From Phoronis australis (lineage: Eukaryota > Animalia > Phoronida), in contig NMRA01000052.1 in NCBI GenBank assembly GCA_002633005.1, positions 336,613-400,612 of the forward strand: a stretch of 64,000 nucleotides of DNA, read 5' to 3'. The notes under the pieces are model-generated. The model did no database searches. It saw nothing but the letters and a program-made list of their open reading frames with translations, and had not been told where the DNA came from. The translations under genes were made by a program, and so were the position numbers. This document shows positions 51,872 through 64,000 of this stretch, piece after piece; the stretch's first letter is position 1, and every line of letters begins with the position of its first letter.

Positions 51872-54800
51872 CTGGAGTGAAACACAGTCAGCCAATAGAC
51901 CTTTTACAAGAAAATGTTATACAGTAACAACATGTTGTGTTGAAATGCAATCACAACTGCACTGTAAATGGTTCAACATACTAGGTAAATTATTAGTATC
52001 ACAGAAATGTCCCCTGGATGGCGCAGAATACATCCAACTCATACGAAAATGAGAAGGCATCGTCATCTCTCTAATACAAAAAGCCTGTGCCACATTTCTT
52101 GTAAGTCTGTCAAGAATGTCAAAAGATACGGAGTAAAATACCAAATTACCACTAGAGGGCACAGGAGTAGTCTGTCTGTTGTCAAGTTCATTGGAATACA
52201 CTTGCCAAAGTTCACAAAGATCTTACAAAGAGAACCACAGCAGGAGGACCCGTTCAAAACTCAATATCAATTGTGCTCAAGTGAGTAGAAACACACTGTC
52301 AATTTTCACAATGATCCTCTGGTGGCTTAGTGTATACAGAGGCAGACAACTAAAAAACAATAACAATGTCGAATTCGTCACAGAATAGAGAGATGCTGTC
52401 ATCTCCATAGCACAAAGTTATTTGTCATATTTCATGCACATCAATAAATCAGATGCGTTCAAACATCGTGGTCAGCCGTTGTCACATTCACAGGAAAACG
52501 CTCGCCAATTTTCACAAGGATTCTGTAAAGCATAAGTGAGATTCAGTCACAAAAGCAAAAAAGTCAAATCCCCACTAAGGGGCACAACAGCAGTCAGACC
52601 TGTTCGAAAACCAATGCCAGACGTGGCCTTGTAACCAAGAACATATTATTCGTTGATTTCCATAATGACGCTTTGAGCGGTTTGATAAATGAGAGACAGA
52701 CATTAAAAACAAACTCGAAAATAATAAAATAGTCAATATTTGGTGCAGAATACCTCAAGTCCGTCCAAAAATGGAATGGCTTCATCATCTTTTCAAAAAA
52801 ATTATTCGCTAAATTTCATGAAAATCTGTCAAGGAACTCTGCAGATACAGTCATATGTAAAAAACCTAAAACTAGCACTAGGGGGCACAGTGGTAGTCGC
52901 ATCGCTCCGAAATTCCTTCTGAACCGTCGTCAGCTTTATAGGAACACATCTGCCAAACTTCACAAGATACTGCAAAAGGTTAAGGAGATCGTACAACCAC
53001 AGACACAAAAACACAAAATTGCCACTTGGGGGCAACATAGTAGTCGGGCCTGTCCGAAAGCCAACGTCAGTCATGATCTTCATGTCAGTAATACATTTGC
53101 CAATTTTCATAATGATCTTTTGAGCTGTTTGGTAGAAAGACACGCGCTCAAAAATAATAAAATTGGTCACTAGGTGCCGCAGAATATATTGAATCCACTC
53201 GAAAATAAAAAGACATCGTTGTTTCTTTAATAGAAACCTATTAATGAAATTTCATAAAACCTATCCTGGAACACTGAAGATACAGAAGCAAATGCAAATA
53301 ATAGAATTGCTATTACGGGGCACAATGGTAATCAGACCAGTCCGAAACTCTTCACCCGGCGTCAGCCGAACACACCTGGCAAATCTCTTTATAATAATGC
53401 AAGGGGTTTAGCAAATACTTCAGTGTACGCCGGACACCCTGACAGAGATAATGGCAATTTATGTGTATGTGGGCGCATAAAATTCTAATTCTGTTTAAGT
53501 TCGACAGACAAGGTTGCTCACCTAAAGTGCGGACACTGACTTTTCACTGATATATCTAGGGGGGCGGGGGATGCCAGGGTTTGAAGTTCCAGACAGTTAA
53601 CAGTCCAGTTGTCCTTGCTCTGTTTGGAACCAAACAAAAGTTCCCACAAAGGGATGCAAACTTGTCCATCTAACTTCATAAACCTGGGTACTAAAGCGAC
53701 GTCTTTCTAATTTAAGCCAACTTCAACAAAATAAAGAAGATTGGCAATAGACTCAAAGTTTCACTTATAAAGCTAGTTGGCACTCCTAAGTTCACTTACA
53801 ACATCGCCTGAGTGGAGTTCAGCATTTTGGTTCCATGGTCAGTTTTTCCCCAGAAAATTTGTAAAATACTAATTAAGAGTTGGCACAATTGCTCATCTTC
53901 TTTCTAGTTAAAGGAGTGATCCCATTAAACTCGAAAAATTTGTTACCAAAAACAGCTTCACTTAATCTGATTTAGGTCACTTATGGTAATACATCGATCA
54001 CATCTTATTCTTTGATAAGTGAATGTTAAGTATAGCTTCAGACCAGGCCCAGGAAGTCACTTGTTATGGCACGTTACTTTCAGCCGCCAAAGCAGCATGG
54101 CTGCCAGAAAATTTTCTGTAACAAATTTCAATGCAAATCACATATAATAATGCTACAAAGCTGCTTTAGAAGACCAAATACGCCTGTGAAGTTGACGTTT
54201 CTAAAAGCAGAACCTGGTTCAAACCAGCTTTAAAAAATTTGTTTCAATGGTTTCGACTTTTTTCATTAAAGCCGCCGCTTTAAATCCCGCTTCCGTGGAA
54301 AACACAACTTAAAGTTACAACATTGGTCTCGTGTTGTTCCTTACTCAAATCGGAGGTGATTTCTGGGTTTGGAAAGTGCTAAACGTTCGTTCTTTCTTGT
54401 CAACATGCAGGCTAAAATGTTGGCTTGCCACAAAGACTGCAATTTTATGTGCTGAGCACTGGCTCAAGGAATAGCCCAGAAACTATTTCTCATTTGAGTG
54501 GAGAAAAAATTGAAACCAGTTTCATAGTTTAAAGTAATTAAAATTAAAATTAAAATCGTTTTAACCAAAAGGAGGTTTATCACGATCTTCCATGCTTTAA
54601 AACAAAAACTAACCTCTTTTAGAGAGCCGGGCGTCACACAGATAATGTATATGAAGTATCCAAATATGGGCACGACAGAAGCAGACGTCATCAGCCAGCC
54701 AATCACATTTGCCCAGTATGGGAACTCGTAATCATCCACTACGAGTGGTTGATTGTCCACCCAGCCAAATATTATTACAAACTGGAAGAAATGGTCAGAT

Positions 54801-57800
54801 AATTAAAGGTTGCAAACCTGTACGATCAAACCATAAACATGAAATTGTTTATTGTGCTATTACGATTTTATTCAGAACGTCAGAGTATCACGACTTATAG
54901 AGCAATCAAAACGAAAACAATTAAAAGAAACTCTCCAGTGTGTGTATTGTTAAATGCAATATCATTATTATTTATGGCTTAAGGGCACTGTGTCATGAAA
55001 TTATTTTGGCCTTAGCTTACAATGAAATGAGGCTAAATTAAGACAAATCTGTCTTAGCCATGTTTCATGAAATTTCTTGAGACCAAAACTAAGATCGACA
55101 TCAGTCTTAGCTTAGGAAGTAAAGTGAACTTGCTACGGAGAAGGCTTAAGGTTGGATCTTTCGTCTCACTGACAAAAATGTATGACTGTCAGCACTCAAA
55201 ACTATAAAGCAAATTTTCATTGATAGAAGTGCCGGATTTAATTGGGGCAAGGGGGCCATGGCCCCCTTAAAATTCTCCCATATTCCATTTGGCATTACAA
55301 GGGGTGCAAATGTCTGACGGGCAAAATCCTGGCTAAAACTCTCCCCTGCCCCCCCCAACTCAAAATCCTGGATCAGCCCCTGTATAGTTTTCACTATGTT
55401 TTACAAACTAATGGCCCCAAAACAATGTCGAACAGAAGTTTGTCTGGTTTCGATACCTGAACTAGTATACCTGAACTAGTATAGCACTGTAGAAACTATG
55501 CAATGCGATTTACCCGCTCGTGTGAACTGATATTTTTCAGCTACTCAAGCACCTTCTATTGTAGTAAACTAAATTCCACTTGCACGTATATGGCTTCAAT
55601 GTTGTAAGCAATTGCCCTTTAGAGCTAATAGAACTGTATTCTTAAAACTAGACTTAACAGATTGCCTCGCTTAGTTTTGTGAATACACAAAAGGTGGCGA
55701 CAGTGTAGTTAGTACAGCCGCAACTGAAAACACTGACTTAATTTTCTGCACAAGTCAAGACCAAAAAAGAACTGTGTGTTGATGAAATGGCCTTTCCAAA
55801 ATTACACCTCTGGTGTTAACTCAGCCTAAATTTTTATCGTAACTTTAGTAGACATATTTTTGGTCTTAAAACTAACTTCAAGTGATTTTCATGAAACAGA
55901 CAACAGAACTAGTATTGTAATTGTGCGGCTGAAATTGAAAAATCAGGGAGTGGGCGTTAAGCTGAGCACGGGTGTTTAAAAACAAGTTCTGAGGTCTTCA
56001 CTATTTTGGACACCTGAATGAAATTAGACAACAAATGTACCAAGAGAACCATTTCACATCTCCTTCACCGGTCCTGCAGTAACCTTAAGGCAAACTGTTG
56101 GAATTTTTAGGGCTAGACATTAAACATGGACATTAAGCCGGACAAGTGCAATAATACGTAAAAATTACTTATGCAGGCCTCCACTTTTGACATGTTTACA
56201 CAATTTATACTGTGGCACAGATGCTTTGTAGTCTGACCAGACGATGGGGAAACACGCCCAATATTATCAACAGACCTTTCTATAGATAGATCAACATGTA
56301 ATCTGTGAAAAAATTCTTCAGCAAACAACTCATAACATGTAAGAGGTAACCACTGTACGACAGAGGAAAACAACAACACCGTAAATTTTTTGACACAAGT
56401 CTCCACTCTTGAATGCTCTGCACATGACTTCTTTTTGTTCCAAACAAGAGCAACGCATAGCATTGAAAATAAGTCCACGATTGCACTGCAAACGTTATGC
56501 TTCTACAGGTTTTATTAGCATCATAAAAATGGCAATTTGATGGGAATTCGATGGCACAAAATACATGAAACCCATTTGAAAGTGGAAAGGCATCTCCCTA
56601 ATAGAAAATTATTAGTCAAATTTCCTGAAAATCTGCCAAGGAACTCAGAAGATATATCAGCAACTGTAAAAAAATTTCCAATAGGAGGCACAGCAGTAGT
56701 CAGCCCCATCCATCTGTTGTCAAGATATTAAGGATACACGTGCCAAAGTTCGCAAAAATCCTGCAAGGAGTTTAGGAGATACAGCAGTAGACACCAAACG
56801 TCAGGTGCCAGGATACCCAGGCAGAGATGATTACAATTTGCACCCAAATAGGAATATGTGGGTGCATAAAATCTCCCAGCACACAGCAGTAACAATGTTT
56901 GTACAGCATTAAGTTGCAATTGTTTCCATCACTCACCAACAGAAAGCAGGGTGTTATGCCCTTCCAAACAATCATCCAATAGGGAGAGGGTTGTGTACCG
57001 ACCATCATCTGAATGTCCCTGAAGAATTGCACATGGCCGTAGACCCAGGTAATACAGACGCACTCTAATAGGCCCACAATCATAACGGCCCAGCTGGCGG
57101 CATGATGATCCATCAACTGCAGCCAGTACTCACCACCCTGCATGTGGACACAATTAAATTAAACGATTACACCAACAAAACTACTGAATATACCACTTAT
57201 ACAGGGTGTGGCCATTATGTAAAAAGGACAGTCCTGAAAATGTTATGCGTTTCACCAACTAAATTTAAACGAATGCAACGAAGAAAAGTTATCGAGATAA
57301 TGCATTTCATTAGTTAATCAAACCAATTTGTCGAAGAAGGACCTTGCCATAACACATTACAGATATTTCTTGTTTTTTTAGTGAACTGGACCAGACAACA
57401 ATGGTTTCCAGATCCAGATATCGATTTAGTCCATTGTTTTAACAAAGCAGAATTCCCACAGTTTTTTGTTCAGCGTCATGATTCCCACGGCACGAGCATT
57501 ATATAACATTCTTTGAAGAATTATTTCAGCCAGTGTTTTATACAGTGGCATCGTTATAATACCGCAATTGCTCTGCTTCAAAATACATATTGATCAGTGT
57601 TCGTGAAATCGAAGGATGATGGTAATCGCAGTTCTTCTACAAATCTATTGGTGGAATACAAGGTGCTGTTAAACTTGACATGCTTCTGAATTCATAACAC
57701 TTGGACAGAGGAAACTGCATTAGTCATTACTAGACAAGTTTTTATAGCTGACTTCGATATGCCAGATGAAACTGTAAATCTGCAAAGCTATCCCTCATCA

Positions 57801-60800
57801 AGTGGAGGAAACGAGTAAATTAAAAACCATTTAAAACACAACAAATGACTTTCTCCTAAGTCTAGCCTTTTAAGCATTATAAGTTAGATCTGCCAAACGA
57901 ATACAACAATCTCATCTGAAGACACACACTGTTTTTGAACGACTTCAAATGTTCTCGACTTTGCGCCAACTCACCTGAGTAGCTAGCAGGAGGCCAGCCA
58001 AGTACATGACGATACAGACGACCAGGCAAACATAGAGTCTTCGAATCTTCCCCAACCGCTCGTCAATGATTGCCGTGACAATGGTCTCGACGATTGCAAA
58101 CTGGCTGTCAAGACCCAGCATGATCAGCATAGTAAAGAAGATGATGGAGCAAGCGACTGAGCCCGGCATCTTGCTAACTATCTCTGGGTAAGCTACGAAC
58201 GCCAGGCCCGTGCCTAAAGTGGAATAAAGGAGTACAATGACAAAAAATAATTTGAGACGAAAAACAATCGTACAAATTGCCAGTTTTTCACCAATCAATC
58301 AAGAGTTTACCGTTGCAAATGATTGAAGTTTTACAAAATACTGTTTGATGACAATTCTAGTTTCTAGCCTCAAACTAACATCTCAGTCGCAGGTTTTTGC
58401 GTCTCTCTAAATATGGGCAAAGTCTCACCTTTTGCGACTACTTTGTCCACGGTGGTCTCAAGGTTGTGGGCCAGATAACCAAGGGTGACGAAAACAACAA
58501 AGCCAGCGAAGAAACTTGTAAGGCAGTTAATCACACATATCACCATGGTGGCTCTGAAAGGGACAGACTGCAATAACACATGCTGCAACTTTTAAAAAAA
58601 ATAAACAAGTTCTATTTCTAATAGCCCTTCATGCATACGGGAAATGTGTGAAAAACAATCCATCACAGCGTTTAGCAGAACACTGCGTAAAAAATAGTAT
58701 CATTACGTTTCACACGAACCCAATTAGCCTATTCTGAGATAAGATGATTCAAAGTTAGACGAATATCGACATTTTTTTCTGGGGTCCTCCATAACCCTTG
58801 GATAGCCCAAACATTAGGGGTGTCAGGTGTATGTGGGAAATTGTGGTAAGGTATTTGTCACCTTTATGACAGGCAGTCGCCACATGACTTTTGTGTAAGC
58901 AAAACAAAACCAGGTTGTTTTGTTTTTGTATGTAGTCAACTTGCGTACAGTCCCTGTCTTGAACCTAATTGACCTCAAAAACATGTGACAGTAGTCTAAA
59001 TATGAACAACCGATGAATGGAAAATTCCAGTCAATTCAAAATTTCAGTTAATAAGTGTCTTGTAAAGTTTGCTAAAGTCGTGACTTTTAAAGCGTCATTC
59101 AAAACCATCAAAGGACATTGTGGTCGTGTGGAAAATGTCAAAACAATTACAGTATTTACACGTTCACATTCAAATTTTATAAACTGACAATTCAAACCAA
59201 GCACAAATTCAATTATCTATAAACTGTGCATGATTTTAAGCATGATGTGACATTTAAGTACTAGTTAGTGAAGCAGACCAGAGGACACAACAAAAATAGC
59301 AGGAATTTTACTAAAAAAAACTGATTTTTTAAGTTTCCAAAATTAATTATTTTTGGCTAGTTGGTACAGAAATGCTGAAAGGGATGCATCTTTAACTCAG
59401 TGAAACTGAAATAAAGAAGAATATGGTACCAAGAATATTTCTCAGTAATCGAAAGTTATCTTTCAGCCAACTCTTACGAAACAGCAACATGGCCCAGTCC
59501 ACTTTGTATATCATATTTAGTCAATACATAAGTACAAGAACTGCGAGTACCCACAGCTCACGATATCAGGAAAGCTCGTTCGATCTAAATTCATTTTGCA
59601 TGGAGCACTGAGAATATCACACTGACTTCACAGCAATACTGGTTGGAATAATAAGCCTTTAGTGTCACTCATACCAATGTCGATGCACTACCGTTTTGGG
59701 GATTGTCAGTCTATATGAACAGTTAATTTTGGTCTTGGATTGAAGTTAACTTTCATTGCAAGTAAGGTTACGTAGGACGCTAGGAAATGTCCAAATTTGA
59801 TCAACAAAATGTCCAAATTTGATCAACAAAATGTCCAAATTTGATCAAGTTCAGAACATCGTATCTCACAAATGACTGATTGGATTCGCAATGAAACTTT
59901 CAGATGCTATGCTTTATGTGCTGTTCTTCGGTACACTGTTGGAAATTCTTTTAATAAAAATGCTCCTCTTTTGCACGAGGGGCTATTAAAAATTGGACGT
60001 TTGTGATTTTCGTGAATGAAATCAGAAGTCGCGTAAAACGAAACCATAATTCAGAAACCTGTAACCGCATTTATGAGAATTCATTTCAAACAAATGAAAT
60101 TTGATCACGTTATTGATACCATTATTTTGCTGTCAACAAACTTTTCCTAACACCAAAATGACAAGGTCACATTACCCGATTAATGACAATGAAAAATGAA
60201 TTTCTACTGACTATCCAACTTCAGAAAACACATACTTTTACAGAGTCGAAATCTTCAGTTCTGTAGATATTTGGCTAAATAAACGGATTGTTAATAAGGT
60301 CCCACATAATTTAAATGGTAGGTTTTAACGGCGAAGCATTGATGCAGTATGAACTATACTAAACTTTGATGTCATTGGAGTTATCAACAAGTGTCACTGT
60401 CTGTAACCACACACGTGTTATTGGTTAATAACACTTTATTCAATTATTACTTTAACGTTGGTCTGAGGTCTCAAGCTTACATCAATATATACACTAAAAA
60501 CTAAATACCAATACAGGTACTTCATTTCATTCATTATCCGAACATAATCTCGATACATCAATTAAAAAATTACACATGCACAACATTTTGGCAACACCAT
60601 CTTGCGATAACTTTGACGGCCCCAGCATCTACAAGCGATAACTTCAATGTTTGCTCATAACTGAAGCCGGTCCAAAGATTCGACTAACTTCACACTTTAC
60701 AAAAAAGCATGAAAATGTGAGACACCCAGTTGAGAAACAGATCAAGTTTGAGTCTAATACTGGAATAAAAACTTACAAAAATTAGGAAGACTGGTTCAGA

Positions 60801-62757
60801 AGCGCATTGAGAGTCCCTCTTTAAATAAAAGAGGCGGTTTACGATTCGATTTGTCACACGTATGGGATGGTGTTGATGTCAACGCCGCGCTGTCTGGACA
60901 AAATCCTACCAATTAGCCAGAATAACGATAACGTCACCACCCAAGCTGAAGTCCGTGAGATGCGGACGCAATGTCGCTAATTTTTGTAAGTTTTTATTCC
61001 AGTATTAGACTCAAACTTGACCTGTTCACATTTTACATTGATGCTCCTTTTGCAGCAGAGTGAAGTTGATATGAAACGGCCATGAAGTGCGGTAGACAAT
61101 AGGTCAGTTTCTCAGTGGGCGTGAGTCAGCTCAAAATATTGCCAGGGAATACTTAACAACAAACCAGGTTGATATCTGCCCATGAAAAATCTTGCTCTAC
61201 TATGGAATACTCATTGAACAGGATATAAGTGGATTTATTGCCCAGCCAACAAAATGTAAATTTCGAGACAAAGACGTTTACTTGCCTGTAGCAGTTGTCA
61301 TGGAATTTATTGTAGCTGGCCAGTGTCGTCAGACTTCCGAAGCAGATACCGAGAGAGAAAAACACCTGTACGATGGCATCGTGCCATACCTGTAAGGCAA
61401 CAGGTGACAATAACATTGACCAACACATCATGCCAAACACACAGTGGCAACCACTCTAACAGATGCTATTTCTGGTAAATATTCTCTGAACCGAGCGAGG
61501 TAGACCTTATCCTCATATGGCAAAGTAACAGCTTATAAATGTCTGAAAGACTGTTATTGGTCTATTCTATTTTCACGGAACCTTTCATTTATGCTTGGAC
61601 TGCTCACAAAATTGTAGATTTACGATGTTCATTCCTCCAACCAGAAATTCCCCTACACTCCATAATGAGTATCAATAGAATACTGATTCGATGATATTAA
61701 CGAAATTCTCATCTCATCCAAAGAGGGTGTGGCCAATTATTAAAACAACTGACCACTGCCTTTAAAAAGACAACCCTGTACTTAACTTGAAAAGTGCGTA
61801 CAAACCCATGATTACTGCTAAACACCTTACTTCAAATTATAAAATTGATCTCATCTTGGTGCTTACTCTGCAGAGAAATGGTCTTGACAAGAACTGACCT
61901 GTCATTATTGCTTCAGGCCACGCCCATTAAGTTGCATGTCATGCCGGGTTGGCCCATTGCCAAGGCAATGGGGTATCATGGGAATTCCAGGTGACTTATG
62001 ACAACCAATGATAATTCAAATAAGGAATACAAAAGTGATAGTGCTGCTTTGTAAGAGCCAATAGGCATGTGACTGAAAGCTGATGTATGATCTGAAGCAA
62101 TAACAACTTCCCAGTTCTTAAGAAAATGGTTTACAGCAACAGTTCAAACCTGTCCAGCTGGTCACCTATAATTGTGGGTGTAATAGTTCTGCAGTTGGGA
62201 TAGCTCGAGTCGTAGTGGTACCATTACTGCTGATAGATGGCCCTACTGTGAGGACATACCAATAGGTCTCCGACCAGAATGATCGCATAAGAGTGATGTA
62301 TCGGAATATTAACCATCCCATCACAATTTTTCAATACAAGACATCGTGTCAACGAGCAAAAATCATACGGATGTTGAAGCAGCAAAATATGATTTTGATG
62401 ATTTTTTATCAGAGAATGACTCCTAAGATGAGTAAGTCAAGTCCGAGTGTATATATACAAAGATGTACGAGATGACTTAAGAATGCAAACATCTGGCAAA
62501 ATTCCAAAACGAATCCGTTTGGAAAGGGTTGAATAGCAGCAGTGAATAACTTTCAACGCTGGAGTAAAAAACTTGTTTGCTCTAGCACTGTCCTGCGTCT
62601 TCCCAACACATATATTTCATACCTTAGCATCACTTAGCTTGTCCCACTGGGGAGTGAAGTAAAACTTGATGCCTTCTAGAGCGCCCTCTTGTGTGCACGC
62701 CACCACTAACAGAGCCACAAGGACAATGTACGGTACTATGGCAGTCACCCAAACGGC
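51686..62757 (-). CDS. Gene B: second SLC6 transporter, proline transporter (SLC6A7)-like / divergent amino-acid SLC6; 3' half only (TM5 to C-terminus)
   Basis: Exons 62623-62757, 61286-61389, 58429-58553, 57975-58213, 56937-57137, 54614-54781 and 51686-51871 join into one open frame. Motifs: [38 protein letters not shown]. Confidence 0.92.
51990..53482 (+). repeat. Array of diverged ~145-bp subrepeats (Helentron-like family)
   Basis: Recurrent CCACTAGRGGGCAC..GTAGTC and GCCAAA.TTCAC AA blocks; ends GTGGGCGCATAAAA like the 56871 terminus. Confidence 0.6.
54614..54781 (-). CDS. Gene B exon (TM12), 168 bp
   Basis: [56 protein letters not shown]; ttccag| acceptor and |GTTAGT donor. Confidence 0.93.
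55228..55382. mobile_element. Short GC-rich MITE-like insertion within a larger TTTCATGAAA-ended element (~54983-55900)
   Basis: Ends AGTGCCGGATTTA / CCTGGATCAGCCCCTG, G/C-run rich; no clear TSD. Confidence 0.4.
56443..56871 (+). mobile_element. Helentron/DINE-like non-autonomous element
   Basis: Begins AACAAGAG; ends with hairpin TGCACCCA..TGGGTGCA followed by TAAAA; internal unit shared with 47245-47790 and 51990-53482. Confidence 0.5.
56937..57137 (-). CDS. Gene B exon (TM10-TM11), 201 bp
   Basis: [34 protein letters not shown]...[10 protein letters not shown]; atgcag| acceptor and |GTGAGT donor. Confidence 0.94.
57975..58213 (-). CDS. Gene B exon (TM8-TM9), 239 bp
   Basis: [19 protein letters not shown]...[20 protein letters not shown]...GLLLATQ; tttag| acceptor and |GTGAGT donor. 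Confidence 0.94.
58429..58553 (-). CDS. Gene B exon (TM7), 125 bp
   Basis: [41 protein letters not shown]; tttcag| acceptor and |GTGAGA donor. Confidence 0.94.
59785..59848 (+). repeat. ~22-bp tandem repeat x3 (AAATGTCCAAATTTGATCAACA)
   Basis: Direct reading. Confidence 0.9.
60701..61026 (+). mobile_element. Penelope-like element remnant with GIY-YIG endonuclease C-terminal fragment
   Basis: Same tail and pLTR as 25999. 60806-60868 translates [21 protein letters not shown], preceded (frameshifted) by EDWFR. TSD TTCACA(C/T)TTTAC. Confidence 0.8.
61286..61389 (-). CDS. Gene B exon (TM6), 104 bp, GC donor
   Basis: [35 protein letters not shown]; ttacag| acceptor; donor AG|GCAAGT is required to keep the frame. 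Confidence 0.92.
62623..62757 (-). CDS. Gene B exon (TM5), 135 bp; missed by the ORF track
   Basis: [45 protein letters not shown]; ttttag| acceptor and AAG|GTATGA donor. Confidence 0.92.
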
Positions 62758-63144
62758 CTAAAATGTGACGTGCAATGTAACAATGAATGCGACAGAATTT
62801 TCAAGACGGTTTTTAAGTGCTAAAAAATGACTTTGCTTGACAGCGAGAGACTTATTACATTAACATTACACGCGATGTATTTGAATGTGAACAGTAAACA
62901 GGTTTTCAGAATAACATCTTGGTGCTAAAAGTATTAAACAATAGAACTGACTTTCTTATTGAACTATACCGCCAATAAAAACACTAGTTTTGAATGTTTT
63001 TCCACTGTTTGTTTGACAGCACATTGAAATGACATTCTCTTAAAATGTGACGGAATTTCAAAAGAAAAAAGAATATTTAAATATTAAATACAAGGCATTC
63101 TACAACAGAGCCAGCAGCAACGGTGAACAATTTACAAAGACAGA

Positions 63145-63168
63145 TGTGTGTGTGTGTGTGCGTGTGTG
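63145..63168 (+). repeat. (TG)n microsatellite
   Basis: Direct reading. Confidence 0.9.
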
Positions 63169-63283
63169 CCAACAGCGTCCATTCGCATGCATGTAAAATG
63201 TGATAACAATCCATGACCCATTCCACACATGATGGAAAGTGGTTTGTAGTCGTCCGTGTACATCGCGTAACTTTTTTATACAG

Positions 63284-63783
63284 CAGGGCTTGGAATGACC
63301 AATGACAAAAAACGCGGAAACTTTCACGGCCCAAATCATGCCCGATAAACAGTCTTGAAATGGTCAATGTGAACCTTTCCCCGACAAAAATCGGGAGGAC
63401 TAAAAAAAAAAAACGTTACCACCATCAGTAGCATGCGTCTGCGTCCTTTTAGCTCACCCGTCCACTCCCAACCCACACATTTTTGGCTGCAGAGCGGTAG
63501 TATTTGCTGCCACGCTTAACAATAACACAAGACGCCATTGAAAATCACACCACGCTGTCCCAGATGCCCCGGCAATGTTGACAATTTACGTTCCTCCGAA
63601 ACATAAAGAGCAACTTCCGCTTTTCGAGGTGAACGTCGTCTGCAACGCCGCGGTAAGAAAGGAATTTGCCGCGGAAATTTTATATCAAATCCGATTTTTT
63701 TACGCGGAAATATTATAAAAAAAGCGGAAAGCACATTTGAAAAAAGCAGAAATCCGCGTTTCCGCGGAAAATTCCAAGCCCTG
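63284..63783. mobile_element. MITE related to 112-360, 13-bp perfect TIR, 6-bp TSD
   Basis: CAGGGCTTGGAAT...ATTCCAAGCCCTG; TSD ATACAG (63278-83 and 63784-89); repeated subterminal CGCGGAA. Confidence 0.85.
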
Positions 63784-64000
63784 ATACAGCCACGGCCACA
63801 CAACACAAATTAGAACATTCTCGCCACACTCATAAAGCAGTCTCAACGAACAGCTCAACTGGCAGAAAGCGATAACGTGAGCTTCAATGTGAAAAACCTA
63901 CTACTATATGATACACCACCAGCCATAACCAATTACGAATAATACAAAGCGTGTAGGAAGCAGCCAAAGAATGATTACGTAATACGATACATCTAAGACT

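Larger units (their letters stand above)
59654..61081. mobile_element. Third, older copy of the GGCC-TIR MITE, interrupted by nested insertions
   Basis: 5' part (ttttggggattgtcagtctatatgaacagttaa, ~59654-59760), middle (ttgcgataactt, ~60600) and 3' end GATATGAAACGGCC (61081) match the family. Confidence 0.55.

Overview
AT-rich animal genomic DNA with spliced genes; a marine invertebrate is likely, but this is inferred only from the repeat landscape and gene structure. It holds two tandem, minus-strand SLC6 (Na+/Cl- neurotransmitter/amino-acid symporter) paralogs. Gene A (10 coding exons, 18644->1293, 599 codons in the window; last exon probably left of the window) has glycine-transporter-like signatures. 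Gene B (7 exons, 62757->51686; 5' half right of the window) has proline-transporter-like signatures. About 33 kb of non-coding DNA separates them and contains candidate alternative 5' exons of gene A. The rest is small mobile elements. The most notable are Penelope-like inverted-repeat insertions carrying minimal hammerhead-ribozyme motifs; one has a tRNA-Leu-derived head (candidate Penelope-mobilised SINE/retrozyme) and one retains a GIY-YIG endonuclease remnant. Also present: CAGGG-ended MITEs with 6-bp TSDs, nested MITEs, Helentron-like repeats with CTCF-like motifs, minisatellites, and a 2.45-kb 'tandem duplication' around a single N that is most likely an assembly artefact. Most ORFs in the supplied track are spurious.
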